From Spirochaetaceae bacterium (GTDB lineage: Bacteria > Spirochaetota > Spirochaetia > DSM-2461): a stretch of DNA of 64,000 nt. The notes beneath the pieces were generated by a model. The model was not told the DNA's origin, did no database searches, and was given only the letters and a program-made list of their open reading frames with translations. Position 1 is the first letter of the stretch, and every line of letters starts with the position of its first letter. The position numbers were made by a program, and so were the translations under genes. The DNA lies in assembly GCA_051531975.1 (NCBI GenBank), contig JAOPTT010000005.1:128001-192000 (forward strand), in the 5' to 3' direction. Shown in pieces: positions 49,538-61,100 of the stretch.

Positions 49538-49673
49538 ATTGGAAAATTGAACTAACTATAAATTATATAATTTATACAAAACAACGATAAGACTACTTTA
49601 ATGAATAGATATTAACTAAATTATAGGAGAGGTAGTATATTAACCTTTATTTTCACACTACCTAGAATCATTT

Positions 49674-49689
49674 AGTTACGCGTGTAACT
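49674..49689. promoter_or_regulatory. Putative auxiliary LacI-family operator
   Basis: AGTTACGCGTGTAACT, a palindrome with central CG. Confidence 0.6.
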
Positions 49690-49828
49690 GCATAGGTATA
49701 TACTAATAAAAAGAATTAGATGATATGAAATCACTTTTGTAAAGCTTTAATATCCTCAGTCTAAGTCCGTAATTCAGCCTTTAGACCGTAAAACATTCAT
49801 TATTCATAACAAAATATAAAAATATTAC

Positions 49829-49879
49829 TTGACGACTCAATATAGTGATGTTAGATTTAAGCCAGTAACGCGGGTAACT
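49829..49879 (+). promoter_or_regulatory. Sigma70-type promoter and LacI-family operator
   Basis: TTGACG-N17-TAGATT with extended TG, followed by AGTAACGCGGGTAACT at 49864-49879. Confidence 0.65.
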
Positions 49880-49913
49880 AAGTGTTTCTGAAAAAGATTT
49901 ATTGAGGTATGCA

Positions 49914-50936
49914 ATGGCAACTAGACAAGATGTAGCAAATAAAGCTGGAGTTTCTCCTGCAACAGTCTCCCATGTAGTTAACAATACTAAATATGTAAGC
50001 CCAGAGCTGAAAGTTAAAATAGAGCGTGCCATAGAGGAATTGAACTATGTCCCAAATAAAACGGCCCGTAATCTGGCTATGAATAAAACGGAACAAGTTG
50101 GAATCCTAGTCCCTAGTTTGAGTAATCCTTATTTTGGAGCTATAGCAGAGGGGATGGAAAAGGTTGCAAGGAAAAACGGTTATATCGTTTCACTTTTTGC
50201 TCCAGAAGGACCGGATGACCAGTATATAACTACAATTATAGAGAGACAGATGGATGGGGTATTTCTTGCAAATACAGGTTTTCAATTCTCAGAGAGTCAA
50301 TTAAGGCACATGGAGAGAAGTGGAGTTTCATTTGTTACAGGTAATGAAATTGAAACTTCCGGTGATAATGGTTCAAAATTTAATAATTCAATTGTAAGTC
50401 TGGATTATGATGTGTCAATAAAAAAAATGTTTAAGTACCTAACAGATCTGGGACATAAAAAAATAGCTTTTTTGAGCGGGATGCCTGAAGATAATGGTGA
50501 TTTAAGAAAAAAGTATTACCTAGAAAATATGGAAGCTTTTGGATTGGATTTTAAGGAAAAATATATTGTTAACGGAAATTTTCCTTTTACAACTACAGCA
50601 AGAGACGGCTACAAAGATATGAAGAAATTTTTAAGTACCGGCAGTGATGTTACTGCTGTTTTTGCAATAAATGACTTAATGGCAATTGGTGCCATGAAAG
50701 CAATAAGAGAAGCCGGATTAAATGTTCCAGAGGATATCTCTATTGTAGGTTGTGATAATATTTTCCTCTCTGAGGCATCAGATCCTCCATTAACAACAAT
50801 TAATGTTCCTAAAGAAGAGATGGGGCGTAAAGCAATGGAGTTGCTTTTAAGAATGATAAACAATAAAGAAAGTAATGAAATATCCCTGGAAACAGAGCTT
50901 GTAATCAGGGAATCTACATCTTTCGCAAAAAAATAA
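49914..50936 (+). CDS. LacI-family transcriptional regulator
   Basis: ATRQDVANKAGVSPATVSHV.N, YVPN..AR.L and a sugar-binding domain. Confidence 0.95.
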   Translation: MATRQDVANKAGVSPATVSHVVNNTKYVSPELKVKIERAIEELNYVPNKTARNLAMNKTEQVGILVPSLSNPYFGAIAEGMEKVARKNGYIVSLFAPEGPDDQYITTIIERQMDGVFLANTGFQFSESQLRHMERSGVSFVTGNEIETSGDNGSKFNNSIVSLDYDVSIKKMFKYLTDLGHKKIAFLSGMPEDNGDLRKKYYLENMEAFGLDFKEKYIVNGNFPFTTTARDGYKDMKKFLSTGSDVTAVFAINDLMAIGAMKAIREAGLNVPEDISIVGCDNIFLSEASDPPLTTINVPKEEMGRKAMELLLRMINNKESNEISLETELVIRESTSFAKK

Positions 50937-50999
50937 TTATTTTTACTCGATGTGTGAGGCCTCTTCATCGGGAATGTTATATAAAAATTAGGAGATACA

Positions 51000-52604
51000 A
51001 TGAAAAGAATTTTATTAGTGTTGTGGACAATTTGTTTTGGTATTTTTTCTGTTATGGCATCTGGTCAAGATGAAAAAGGTCCAGTAGCCCAGCAGGTAAC
51101 TGATGAGAAGATAGAATTAGAAGGTACTATTACAGTCAATATGCCTTCAAAACTTGGAGCAAAGGAAGCTTGGCAGGCAGTGGCCGATAGTTATATGGAA
51201 CGGCATCCAAAAGTAAATGTAATTGTAGAGTTAAAGCCCGAAGAAGGTTATGGCGACTGGGTAAAAACTCAATTCAGCGATAGCAATCCATCTGCCGATC
51301 TTATCGGTATAAATTATGCCCACGCTTATAAAGGTGATAAAGCTATAAATTTTATGGAATATGCCAATCTAGATAGTCCTTATTCAGGTGATCGTTGGAC
51401 AGATCAGTTTAATTTCCAAATGCAGCAAAAAGATCTTGCTACTAATGAGTGGGACAACATTTCTCTAGAATCAGTTCAGGTACTCTGGGCATATAATAAA
51501 GATATCTTTTCAGAAGTTGGAGTAAAACCTCCTAAAACCTGGAATGAGTTTGTTAAAGTATGTAAGAAGATTGAAGAAGCAGGGTATCAAGCTCTTGCAG
51601 TAGCAGGAGACTTTAATAGTTTTTATGCTGGTCAGATGGGGTGGCTTACTCAGGTCTATACAGATCAGACATCCCGTACCCTTTTAGAAAAATTCCGTTC
51701 ACAACCTGGTGATTATAACTATGATCCAGATATGGATGGTGCTTTTAAACTTAATATTAATGATCCTTTCAACGATGATCCCTGGAAAGTTAATGTTAAT
51801 AAAGTAAGAGCCATGAATACAATTATTAATGGAGAGTTTAGAGGTGATTCTGAAGGTATGAAGACTGTATTATCAGAATTAAAGAGAGTTTTTCCTGTAT
51901 ATGCCGGAGAAGAGTCGTTTTTTGGTACAAAAGATGCCGCTCCTCTCTTCTATCAAGCAAAAGCTGCAATTCTTCTAGATGGTGCCTGGAGAATTCCTCT
52001 TTTTAAGAACGATATGGACAAGATGGCCTTAGGTGAGGATATTGTTTCCGGTGAAACAACCATTGAAGGAGTTCAAAAATTTGAATTAGGAACCTTTAAC
52101 ATGCCATCCATGGAAGGACCTGGAATTGAAGCTCCTGCCAGAACTATTGAAGTTGCTTTAGGTTTTATCGGTGCTATAAAAAAAGAAAAAGTACACGATG
52201 ACCTGGTAGCCGATTTTCTAATGTACTACTCTTCCTCTTTTGGATTCAGTGATTATATGTCAGCTGGACTTGAATCGGGGTGGGTTCCTGCAGGACCATC
52301 ACTAGTAAAAGGTGTTGAACTACCTGCAGAATATGGAGCGATGTTTGAAAACCTTGATTTTATCGGTAATGTACAGAAAGGTTTTGGGCAGGCAATAGCC
52401 CGTGGAGTACCAGGTGATGTTCAGGAAAGTCTTAGAGAATGGTATTCATATACTCAGGATTATTTTACAAATAAGATTGATGTAGATCAGTGGGGAGCTT
52501 TTCACCAGAAAAACCTCGAAACACATATTGATGCATCTTTACAGGCACAGAAGATAGGACGAAATGATCTTCTTAATCCTCAGAATACCCCAGCCGGGAT
52601 ATAG
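51000..52604 (+). CDS. ABC sugar-binding protein
   Basis: Signal peptide, YNKDIF..VG..PPKTW.EF and FYQAKAA...DG.W. Confidence 0.88.
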   Translation: MKRILLVLWTICFGIFSVMASGQDEKGPVAQQVTDEKIELEGTITVNMPSKLGAKEAWQAVADSYMERHPKVNVIVELKPEEGYGDWVKTQFSDSNPSADLIGINYAHAYKGDKAINFMEYANLDSPYSGDRWTDQFNFQMQQKDLATNEWDNISLESVQVLWAYNKDIFSEVGVKPPKTWNEFVKVCKKIEEAGYQALAVAGDFNSFYAGQMGWLTQVYTDQTSRTLLEKFRSQPGDYNYDPDMDGAFKLNINDPFNDDPWKVNVNKVRAMNTIINGEFRGDSEGMKTVLSELKRVFPVYAGEESFFGTKDAAPLFYQAKAAILLDGAWRIPLFKNDMDKMALGEDIVSGETTIEGVQKFELGTFNMPSMEGPGIEAPARTIEVALGFIGAIKKEKVHDDLVADFLMYYSSSFGFSDYMSAGLESGWVPAGPSLVKGVELPAEYGAMFENLDFIGNVQKGFGQAIARGVPGDVQESLREWYSYTQDYFTNKIDVDQWGAFHQKNLETHIDASLQAQKIGRNDLLNPQNTPAGI

Positions 52605-52622
52605 AGTTTAATTTTATATAGA

Positions 52623-52652
52623 GGGCAGGGTAAAACCTGCCCCTTTTTTTTT
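52623..52652 (+). terminator. Intrinsic terminator-like hairpin after the SBP gene
   Basis: GGGCAGG-GTAAAA-CCTGCCC-C followed by T9. Confidence 0.75.
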
Positions 52653-52679
52653 AGATAGATTTATAAATAAGGAGAGCAT

Positions 52680-54626
52680 ATGAGTATTTCTAAAATAACT
52701 GCCTGTATCAGTCTTGTTCTGGTGATATTGGCAGGTATTTTTCTAATCAATATAAGAACAGAATCCGACATTCTAAAACAATATGAATTTAATACGGGAG
52801 AACAGAATATTACTTTTGCAGGTGATATACAATCAGACTTCTTGCTGATTGGAACAGGACAAAATAATCTTCTTGCATATAATTCATATGGTGAAATCAA
52901 ATGGAAATTTTCTGCAGCTGGACTGTTCAAAGAGGTTCTTATTAACGAATTCACAGGTGAAGTATTCGCTGGAAATGAAGATCGTAATATTTATGTTTTG
53001 AACCTTGATAATGGTAAACTACTCAGAACAATTCAGATCCCCGGAAAGTTATTTGACATGGATCTTAACCAGAAAAATGGACAATTGATTGTCTCTTCAG
53101 GAATTTCAGCTGTAAAACATTATTTAAGTCTTTTTAATGGATCAGGTATTCCTATATGGGAAAAAAATATCGAAATTATTTCCCGAAGTACAGTAATTTA
53201 TCAGGACAAAATTATATATGGGACAGACCGTGCTGAACTTGTTCTTTCAGATATTAGAGGTAATGAAATAAAAAAAATGAAGTTAGATGGTCAGATAATA
53301 GATTTGATCTCTAGCGATAGAGGGGAAATAGCCTGTCTGACAGAGAGAGGATCTCTATACTTTTTAGATTTTGATCTAAGACAGACCGGAGGTCTACAGG
53401 TTAAAGGCGAGGCAAAGAAGGCTTCGGTTTTGTGGGACCAAAACCGAGTATTTATAGGGATGAAAAACGGATCTTTACATATTCTTGAAAAGAGCGGACA
53501 TAATCTGAAAACTGTAAATTTTCCTTTTAGTATCAGTGGTATTTATGCCTGTGAACAGAGTGTTAAAGTTTTATGCCGTGATGGATTTTTGTATACAATG
53601 GACAATTCAGATATAAAAGACATTCCAAAAAACAGACTTAAAATGACATTAGTTGTTTCTGTTTTTGTTATGTTACTCATTGTATTTATCACAACTCTCT
53701 TTTTTATATTCCCAGCTATTACTGAAATGTTTTCCCGGTTTTTTTGTACTCTCTTTAAACATCGAACCGCATATATTATGTTATTGCCGATTTTTTTCTT
53801 GCTTATTCTTTTTCATTATTATCCCGTAGTGATCGCTATGATCAGATCATTTACAGATTGGAATGTACACAGTGAAAAGATTAATTTCAACGGCCTTGAT
53901 AACTTCAGGCTGATGATTAATGAGGGATATTTCTTAGCTGGTGTTAAGAATCTCGGGATTTTATGTGGGATGGCTTTCATTAAACTGTTTACTATGCCTC
54001 TACTGGCAGCAAAACTGGTTTTTCATCTGCAAGGTAGATTTAAACGCGCCTTTCGTCTTATGTTTGTACTGCCTATGATTGTCCCTGGTATTGTTGTAGC
54101 TTTGGTGTGGCAGAATATTTATGATCCCAACATTGGACTATTGAATAACCTATTGGAAGTATTAAATCTGGAGCACCTGCAACAGGTGTGGTTGGGTAAT
54201 GAAAAGACAGCTATATGGTCAATTGTTTTTATGGGTTTCCCATTTGTAGATGCCTTTGCTTTTCTCGTTTATTACGGTGGATTGATTAATATTTCATCGG
54301 AGCTCTTTGAGGCTTCAAATCTTGACGGGGCAAACGGTTGGTGGAATTTCTGGAAAATTGAGATTCCTATGATTACACCTCAAATAAAAATGCTGATTAT
54401 TCTGATATTCATAGGCGTCGTTCAGGATTTTGCACCTATATTAATCTTAACTGGTGGGGGGCCTGGTATTTCTACCTACGTTCCTGGACTGGAACTGTAT
54501 TATAACATTACCCGTTTTGGAAGATATGGATATGCCAGCGCCCTTGGGCTTGTTATGTTTATTTTTATTTTTGCCGGAACTCTGCTGAATCTGCGGATAA
54601 AAACTTCTTCCGACAATGAATTATAG
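52680..54626 (+). CDS. Sugar ABC permease with N-terminal extracytoplasmic beta-propeller-like domain
   Basis: N-terminal TM, then about 300 aa of repeated beta-strand units (G...W.F, VFAGNEDRNIYVL), then a MalF-type core with EASNLDGA. Confidence 0.85.
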   Translation: MSISKITACISLVLVILAGIFLINIRTESDILKQYEFNTGEQNITFAGDIQSDFLLIGTGQNNLLAYNSYGEIKWKFSAAGLFKEVLINEFTGEVFAGNEDRNIYVLNLDNGKLLRTIQIPGKLFDMDLNQKNGQLIVSSGISAVKHYLSLFNGSGIPIWEKNIEIISRSTVIYQDKIIYGTDRAELVLSDIRGNEIKKMKLDGQIIDLISSDRGEIACLTERGSLYFLDFDLRQTGGLQVKGEAKKASVLWDQNRVFIGMKNGSLHILEKSGHNLKTVNFPFSISGIYACEQSVKVLCRDGFLYTMDNSDIKDIPKNRLKMTLVVSVFVMLLIVFITTLFFIFPAITEMFSRFFCTLFKHRTAYIMLLPIFFLLILFHYYPVVIAMIRSFTDWNVHSEKINFNGLDNFRLMINEGYFLAGVKNLGILCGMAFIKLFTMPLLAAKLVFHLQGRFKRAFRLMFVLPMIVPGIVVALVWQNIYDPNIGLLNNLLEVLNLEHLQQVWLGNEKTAIWSIVFMGFPFVDAFAFLVYYGGLINISSELFEASNLDGANGWWNFWKIEIPMITPQIKMLIILIFIGVVQDFAPILILTGGGPGISTYVPGLELYYNITRFGRYGYASALGLVMFIFIFAGTLLNLRIKTSSDNEL

Positions 54627-54635
54627 GAGCACTTT

Positions 54636-55538
54636 ATGGCTAATATTGAAATGATACAAAGTTCGGAAAGAACTGAACTAAATTATATTATAAAAAATCG
54701 AAGGATTAGCACAAAACAGAAAAAAAACATAGGACAGATTGTTCTGCTGTTTAGTGCGATACTCCTCTTATTACTCTGTTTCATGCCAATGATTTTAATG
54801 ATTATATTATCCTTAAAGTCCACGGTGCAGATCTATGGTAATTTCTGGTCCCTACCTTCGCCGGTTGCCTGGTCAAATTATGGTAAGGCGTTCAGTATGC
54901 TTCTGGGTAATATGTTTAATTCTACAATCCTGGTACTTATCGCTATGGGACTTACAGTTTTTCTCTCAGGAATGGGTGGTTATGTCTTTTCTTGGTTAGA
55001 CTTTCCCGGGAAAAAAGTTCTTTTTATTATGATTCTTAGTTTGATGATGATTCCCGGAATTCTCACATTGACTCCACGATATCAACTTATTGTTGATCTG
55101 AATTTGAAAAATACATGGTGGGCATTGATTCTTCCCTGGGTATCGGGAGGTCAGGTATTTGGAATCCTGCTGTGCAGGACTTTTATGGCTGAACAACCTG
55201 CAAGTCTTTTTGAAGCGGCACGTATGGATGGAGCAACGGAGTGGCAGAGCTTTATAAAAATAGCTGTTCCTTTAGCTAGGCCTATTTTGACAACAGTTGG
55301 AGTAATGCAGATTATAGCTTTCTATAACGATTTTATCTGGCCACTAATGGTTATTGATTCCAATAGTAAACAGGTAATTACTGTGGCTATTAGAGTATTT
55401 CAATCCGTAACAGGAGCGACAGACACTGGATCCATGGTAGCTGGATTTGTATTTACTACCATACCACTTCTTGTGGTATTTATATTTGGTTCCCGTTATT
55501 ACATTGAGGGAATTACATCAGGAGCAGTTAAATCATGA
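54636..55538 (+). CDS. Sugar ABC permease (MalG-like)
   Basis: FEAARMDGA, YNDFIWPL and G...GAVK. Confidence 0.92.
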   Translation: MANIEMIQSSERTELNYIIKNRRISTKQKKNIGQIVLLFSAILLLLLCFMPMILMIILSLKSTVQIYGNFWSLPSPVAWSNYGKAFSMLLGNMFNSTILVLIAMGLTVFLSGMGGYVFSWLDFPGKKVLFIMILSLMMIPGILTLTPRYQLIVDLNLKNTWWALILPWVSGGQVFGILLCRTFMAEQPASLFEAARMDGATEWQSFIKIAVPLARPILTTVGVMQIIAFYNDFIWPLMVIDSNSKQVITVAIRVFQSVTGATDTGSMVAGFVFTTIPLLVVFIFGSRYYIEGITSGAVKS

Positions 55539-58198
55539 AAAAGTTAGAAGTATACGACTTACGTTGTGAATATTTATCAAACCCTATAGGACTTGAAGAG
55601 AAATCTCCTCGGCTTTTCTGGAAGCTAAGGAGTGGAGATAAAAATATAGTTCAAAACAGATATAGAATTATATATTCCAATATATTAAATAATCTGTCAG
55701 ATAGTTATTCTGATACAGGTTGGATTGAATCAGATCAAAGCACTTTTATCACTTTTCCAGGAGGTAAGTTAAATCCTGAAGAACGTATTTACTGGCAGGT
55801 CCAGATAGAAGATAGCACTGGACATAGAAGTGAACTAAGTGATTCTGCATATTTTGAGTCAGGAATTAAAAATTGGAAAGCTAATTGGATTAGTTCCCCG
55901 GATATTCCTAAAGAAAAGGCACTAAAACCATCTCCTTTGATGAGAAAATCCTTCACATTACCAGATAAGCTTATTACTAGAGCAAGGCTTTATTGTACAG
56001 CTAGAGGTTTATATGAATCATCTCTTAATGGGGAAAAAGTTACAGAAGCTCTGTTTACCCCGGGATGTACTAATTATAAAGATAGAATTCTATATCAGAC
56101 TTACGATATTGGTCACAAGTTAAAATCCGGTGAGAATGTAATAGCTTCGACCCTATCAACAGGGTGGTATGCGGGAAATTACGGTTACGAGGGCCTTTGG
56201 AATATCTATGGTGATACCTTAGCTCTTTTATGCGAAATTCATGTGGATTTTGAAGACGGAACTACAAAAACAATCTGCTCCGATGATTCATGGAAAACAA
56301 CTCTGGGACCTATAGAACATTCGGATATGTATATGGGTGAAAGTTATAATGCGGGAAAAGAGATCCCCGGTTGGAACAATACCGAATTTGATGATACTTC
56401 ATGGATAAATGTTCTAGAAGAGGATCTACCTTTAGATCTTCTCCAGGGTCATCAGGGGGAGTATATTCAGCGTACAAAGGAAATAAAACCACTAGAAATT
56501 ATTAAATCACCTGCCGGTGAGACTATCATTAATATGGGTCAGAATATGGTGGGATGGCTTAAAGTCCAGATAAAGGGAAAAGCAGGAGACAAACTCTCAT
56601 TCGATTTTGCTGAAGTTCTGGATAAAGAAGGTAATTTTTATACGGAAAATCTCCGGGGTATAGCCGACATGAAAGATATATATACTCTGAAAGGGGAAGG
56701 TTATGAGATATTTGAACCATCCTTTACTTTTCACGGTTTTCAGTATGTACGAATTATTGAACATCCGGGAGATATTAAACTTGATGATATTACAGGTGTA
56801 GTTATACATTCAGATATGGAACAAACCGGTTCTTTTAAGTGTTCCGATCCAATGATAACTCAGCTTCAAAAAAATATAGAGTGGGGACAGAGGGGTAACT
56901 TTCTTGATATACCTACAGACTGTCCACAAAGGGATGAGAGGCTTGGTTGGACCGGAGATGCACAGGCTTTTATCAGAACTGGAAGTTTTAATTTTAATAC
57001 AGCTCCTTTTTTTACTAAATGGCTAAGAGATCTGGCTTCAGAGCAGCTGGACAATGGGAATTTACCTGTTGTTGTACCAAATGTTTTAAGGGGAATGAAT
57101 CATCCTCCATACGGTTCTGCCGCCTGGGGTGATGCAGCTATTATCTGTCCCTGGACAATTTACGATTGTTACGGTGATAAAAAGATCTTAGAAGAACAAT
57201 ATCCTATGATGATCGCATGGAATCATTATGTTACAGGGAAAACGGAAAACCATATTTGGAAAAATGACTTCCACTTTGGTGACTGGTTGGCTCTTGATCA
57301 ACCCGCCGATTCTCCTAGTTGCTTTGGTGGTACCGATAAGGAGCAGGTGGCAACGGCTTTTTATGCTTATTCCACATCGTTAATGGTTAAAATCGCCAGT
57401 GTTCTGGGTAAAAATGAAGATAAAAAGAAATATGAAGAGCAGCTAGTCAAAATCCGGTCAGCCTATTTTAATGAGTTTGTAACCAGATCTGGAAGAATAA
57501 ATTCCAATACACAAACGGCTTATGTTCAAGCTTTAATGTTTGATCTTCTTCCTGAAGAAGAGAGGGGAGAGGCTGCTAGACGACTGGTTGCAGATATAGA
57601 GACAAGAGGTTACCACAACTCAACAGGGTTCACTGGTTCTGCTTATATAATGCATGTTCTATCAAGGTTTGGATATACAGATGTAGCGTACAAGCTTCTG
57701 TTACAAAAAGAGTATCCTTCATGGTTGTACCCTATTACAAAGGGAGCTACTACAATCTGGGAGCGTTGGGACGGTATAAAACCCGACGGAAGTTTCCAGA
57801 CAGCCGGAATGAACTCATTTAACCACTATGCCTACGGAGCTGTAGGAGACTGGATGTATCCTAATATTCTTGGTTTTAGTGGCACTAATGGATTTCGTGA
57901 TCTTACATTCACACTACCAAAAGATTGTCCTTTTGAATGGGCGGAAGGTTCATATCAGTCCCTTTACGGTCTGATAGAATCCAAATGGAAGAAGAATGAC
58001 AAGGAGTTTACCTGGAGTATTACCATTCCTGCCAACAGCAGAGGATTAGTAGTTCTCAGCAGTGAACAGTGGAATTATGTACAGAAGAAGAGTGATAGCT
58101 TTGAAGCTCAACCAACTAAGGAGGATGGTGACTTGGTCACTGTTTTCATAGGATCTGGACAGTATTCTTTAACAATCCCAATGGAAAATATGCATTAA
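55535..58198 (+). CDS. GH78 alpha-L-rhamnosidase
   Basis: LRCEY..NP.G, GQNMVG, FTFHGFQY, PTDCPQRDERLGWTGD, GATTIWERW and MNSFNHY. Confidence 0.93.
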   Translation: MKKLEVYDLRCEYLSNPIGLEEKSPRLFWKLRSGDKNIVQNRYRIIYSNILNNLSDSYSDTGWIESDQSTFITFPGGKLNPEERIYWQVQIEDSTGHRSELSDSAYFESGIKNWKANWISSPDIPKEKALKPSPLMRKSFTLPDKLITRARLYCTARGLYESSLNGEKVTEALFTPGCTNYKDRILYQTYDIGHKLKSGENVIASTLSTGWYAGNYGYEGLWNIYGDTLALLCEIHVDFEDGTTKTICSDDSWKTTLGPIEHSDMYMGESYNAGKEIPGWNNTEFDDTSWINVLEEDLPLDLLQGHQGEYIQRTKEIKPLEIIKSPAGETIINMGQNMVGWLKVQIKGKAGDKLSFDFAEVLDKEGNFYTENLRGIADMKDIYTLKGEGYEIFEPSFTFHGFQYVRIIEHPGDIKLDDITGVVIHSDMEQTGSFKCSDPMITQLQKNIEWGQRGNFLDIPTDCPQRDERLGWTGDAQAFIRTGSFNFNTAPFFTKWLRDLASEQLDNGNLPVVVPNVLRGMNHPPYGSAAWGDAAIICPWTIYDCYGDKKILEEQYPMMIAWNHYVTGKTENHIWKNDFHFGDWLALDQPADSPSCFGGTDKEQVATAFYAYSTSLMVKIASVLGKNEDKKKYEEQLVKIRSAYFNEFVTRSGRINSNTQTAYVQALMFDLLPEEERGEAARRLVADIETRGYHNSTGFTGSAYIMHVLSRFGYTDVAYKLLLQKEYPSWLYPITKGATTIWERWDGIKPDGSFQTAGMNSFNHYAYGAVGDWMYPNILGFSGTNGFRDLTFTLPKDCPFEWAEGSYQSLYGLIESKWKKNDKEFTWSITIPANSRGLVVLSSEQWNYVQKKSDSFEAQPTKEDGDLVTVFIGSGQYSLTIPMENMH

Positions 58199-61100
58199 TG
58201 GATAATATAGAAAAGATTTTTAATAATCCCGGTCCCCAGTGGCGTGGAAAACCCTTCTGGTCCTGGAATGGAGATCTGAAGGAAGAGGAACTGCTTCGAC
58301 AGATTCAGATATTAAAGGATATGGGATTTGGTGGATTTTTTATGCACTCCCGTACCGGATTGGCTACGGAATACCTGGGAGAAAAGTGGTTTCAGCTGAT
58401 TAACCGCTGTGCAGAAGAGGGTGAAGATCTCGGAATGGAAGCCTGGATCTATGACGAAGACCGCTGGCCCAGTGGTACTGCCGGTGGGATGGTAACAGAA
58501 AATCCTGAGTATCAGATGAAATTTATCCATCTGGATATTTCAAATGGTAGGGATTTTTCTCTTAAAGATGCAGAAAAACAGGAGGGCAAATGGCTTGGAG
58601 CCTGGTCCTGTCGTTTAAAAAATAAATTTGATATTTATGATCTTAAAAAGGTAAACAAAGAGACTTCTTTGAAGGAGATTCGTAATAAGAAAATTCTATC
58701 ATTCCGGGTTGTCCCTATGGAATCAAGTCCTTTCTACAACGGAGCCACTTATGTGGATACAATGAAAAGAGAGGCTACCGATGAGTATATCAGACTAACT
58801 CATGAGGCTTATAAGGAGCACTGTGGAGAGCATTTTGGAAAAGCTATAAAGGGTGTATTTACAGATGAACCCCATCGTGGTCCTTTTATGAGCGGTTTTT
58901 CCCTTCATCATTACAAAGGGGGGAATCCCCTTTTTATGGTGCCCTGGACTGATACTCTTTTTGAGGAATTCTTCAAGGTTTTTGGATACTCAGTGGAAGA
59001 GAATCTTCCTAAGCTTTTCCTCCGCTATAAAGGGCAGAAGGTATCAGATATAAAAGCCCATTATGCTGAGATTATGTTAAAGCTTTTTATAAATAATTTT
59101 GCAAAACCCTGCTATAACTGGTGCGAAGATAACAATCTTAAACTAACAGGACATGTTCTCCACGAGAACAACTTCTCTTCTCAAGTCTCTACAAATGGTT
59201 CGGTTCAGCGCTATTACCCACATATGCATATCCCCGGTGTGGATGTACTATCCGAGCATACAAGGGATTACTGGCTTGTCAAACAGGTGGATAGTACAGC
59301 CCGCCAGTTTGGACAGAAATGGATACTTTCTGAATTATACGGGTGCACAGGCTGGCAGATGAGTTTTCAGCAGCATAAGGCTATGGGAGCCTGGCAGACA
59401 CTATTTGGAGTAAATCTGCGGAGCCATCATCTATCATGGTACTCTATGCAGGGTGAATCTAAACGTGATTTTCCAGCCAGTATTTTTCACCAATCTCCCT
59501 GGTACAAAGAGTACGATAAGGTGGAAACCTGGTTTTCCCGGCTCGGTTATTTCAGGAGTCTTGGTAACCCCATCTGCGATTTGCTGGTTATAAATCCTGT
59601 GGAAAGTGTCTGGGGTAGAGTATATCCCGGTGCTATTAAAGTAATGGATGCACAGGACAGAGGTATTAAGAAACTTGAGAAAAAATACTCTAAACTCTTC
59701 CACATTCTAGCAGGTAATCAGATCGATTTTGACTATGGTGATGAGGGATTACTGGAAGAGCACGGGAGTGTGTCTGGCGAAACATCCGAGCTAAAACTAG
59801 GTGAAATGAAGTATAAAACAGTTCTAGTTGCTGGTATGTCCACCATTCGAAAATCTACTCTTGTTCTGTTACGGCAGTTTCAGAAAGTTGGTGGAAGGCT
59901 TGTATTTGCAGGTGATATTCCAGATTATGTTGACTCAAAACTGAGTTCTGAAGTAGAAGATCTTCTGTTTTCTGGTCTACAATGTGAATTTAGGGAGAAA
60001 GAGATAGTGGAAACCCTAACATCTATAATTGATCGTCCCTGCCGCATTCTAGGTTCCGCTAGTGGAAAAAGAGAGAAACAGGTATTTTCTCAGTTTAGAA
60101 AAGATAAAGATGGGGAATATCTGACTGTTCTGAATATGAACCGAAAGAAAACTCTTAGTATTGATATTGAATTAAATCGGACAACTGATGCTGTGGAAGA
60201 GTGGAATCTTGATGATGGACAGAGGTATAAAGAGAAAACGCATATCTCCAATGGTCGACTTTACATCGATACACTGAAGCTTGCTCCTTCTGGGGCCCTC
60301 TGTTTCCGTCTTGCTTCAAGTACGGATCTTCCCGCTAAAAAAGATGAGTTTAAAGCAACCTCTCACCGAAGTAAACTATCGGGTAGTTGCAATTACAGTC
60401 TAGGTGAAAAAAACATCTGTGTCCTTGACAGGCCTAAATGGAATCTGATGGATGCGGGATTCTCAGGACCTATGGAAATCCTACAGATAGACCGTTTGAT
60501 CCGAAATAATCTTAATATCCCTCTTAGAGGGGGAGAAATGGTCCAGCCATGGTTCAGGGCGAAGCAGAGTTTTGAATCTCTGGGTAGTCTAAAGCTGGAG
60601 TATAACTTAAAAATAACTGCAGGAGCTCTGCAATCAATGAAAACAGCTGAACTGGTTCTGGAAACACCGGAACGATTCAATCTGATTGTTAATGGTCAAT
60701 CCGTTGACCTGAAACAGGATAATGGATTCTGGACCGATATCGCCTTCCGAAGAATTCCTCTGCCTGAAGATATCTTTGTTGAGGGGATAAACCACTTGGA
60801 ACTCAGTTGCGATTTCCGTGAGGATGTTAATCTTGAGGCACTTTACCTAATCGGAGATTTTGCAGTTGATGTTAGCCGTAGGACTCTCTGTATCAATCCT
60901 CTTCCCAAAAAAGTGGTTCCAAGGAATCTGGTTAAACAGGGTTTCCCCTTTTACAGTGGTTCTTTCTTTTATCACTATGATGTCCCTCAAAATTTACAAG
61001 ACAGTGAGGTGCTTATCACGATTCCACAATATTATGGTGCATATGTCAAACTGCACAGTGGAACTCATGACAAAATAGTTCCCTGGCTTCCAGCAGAGAC

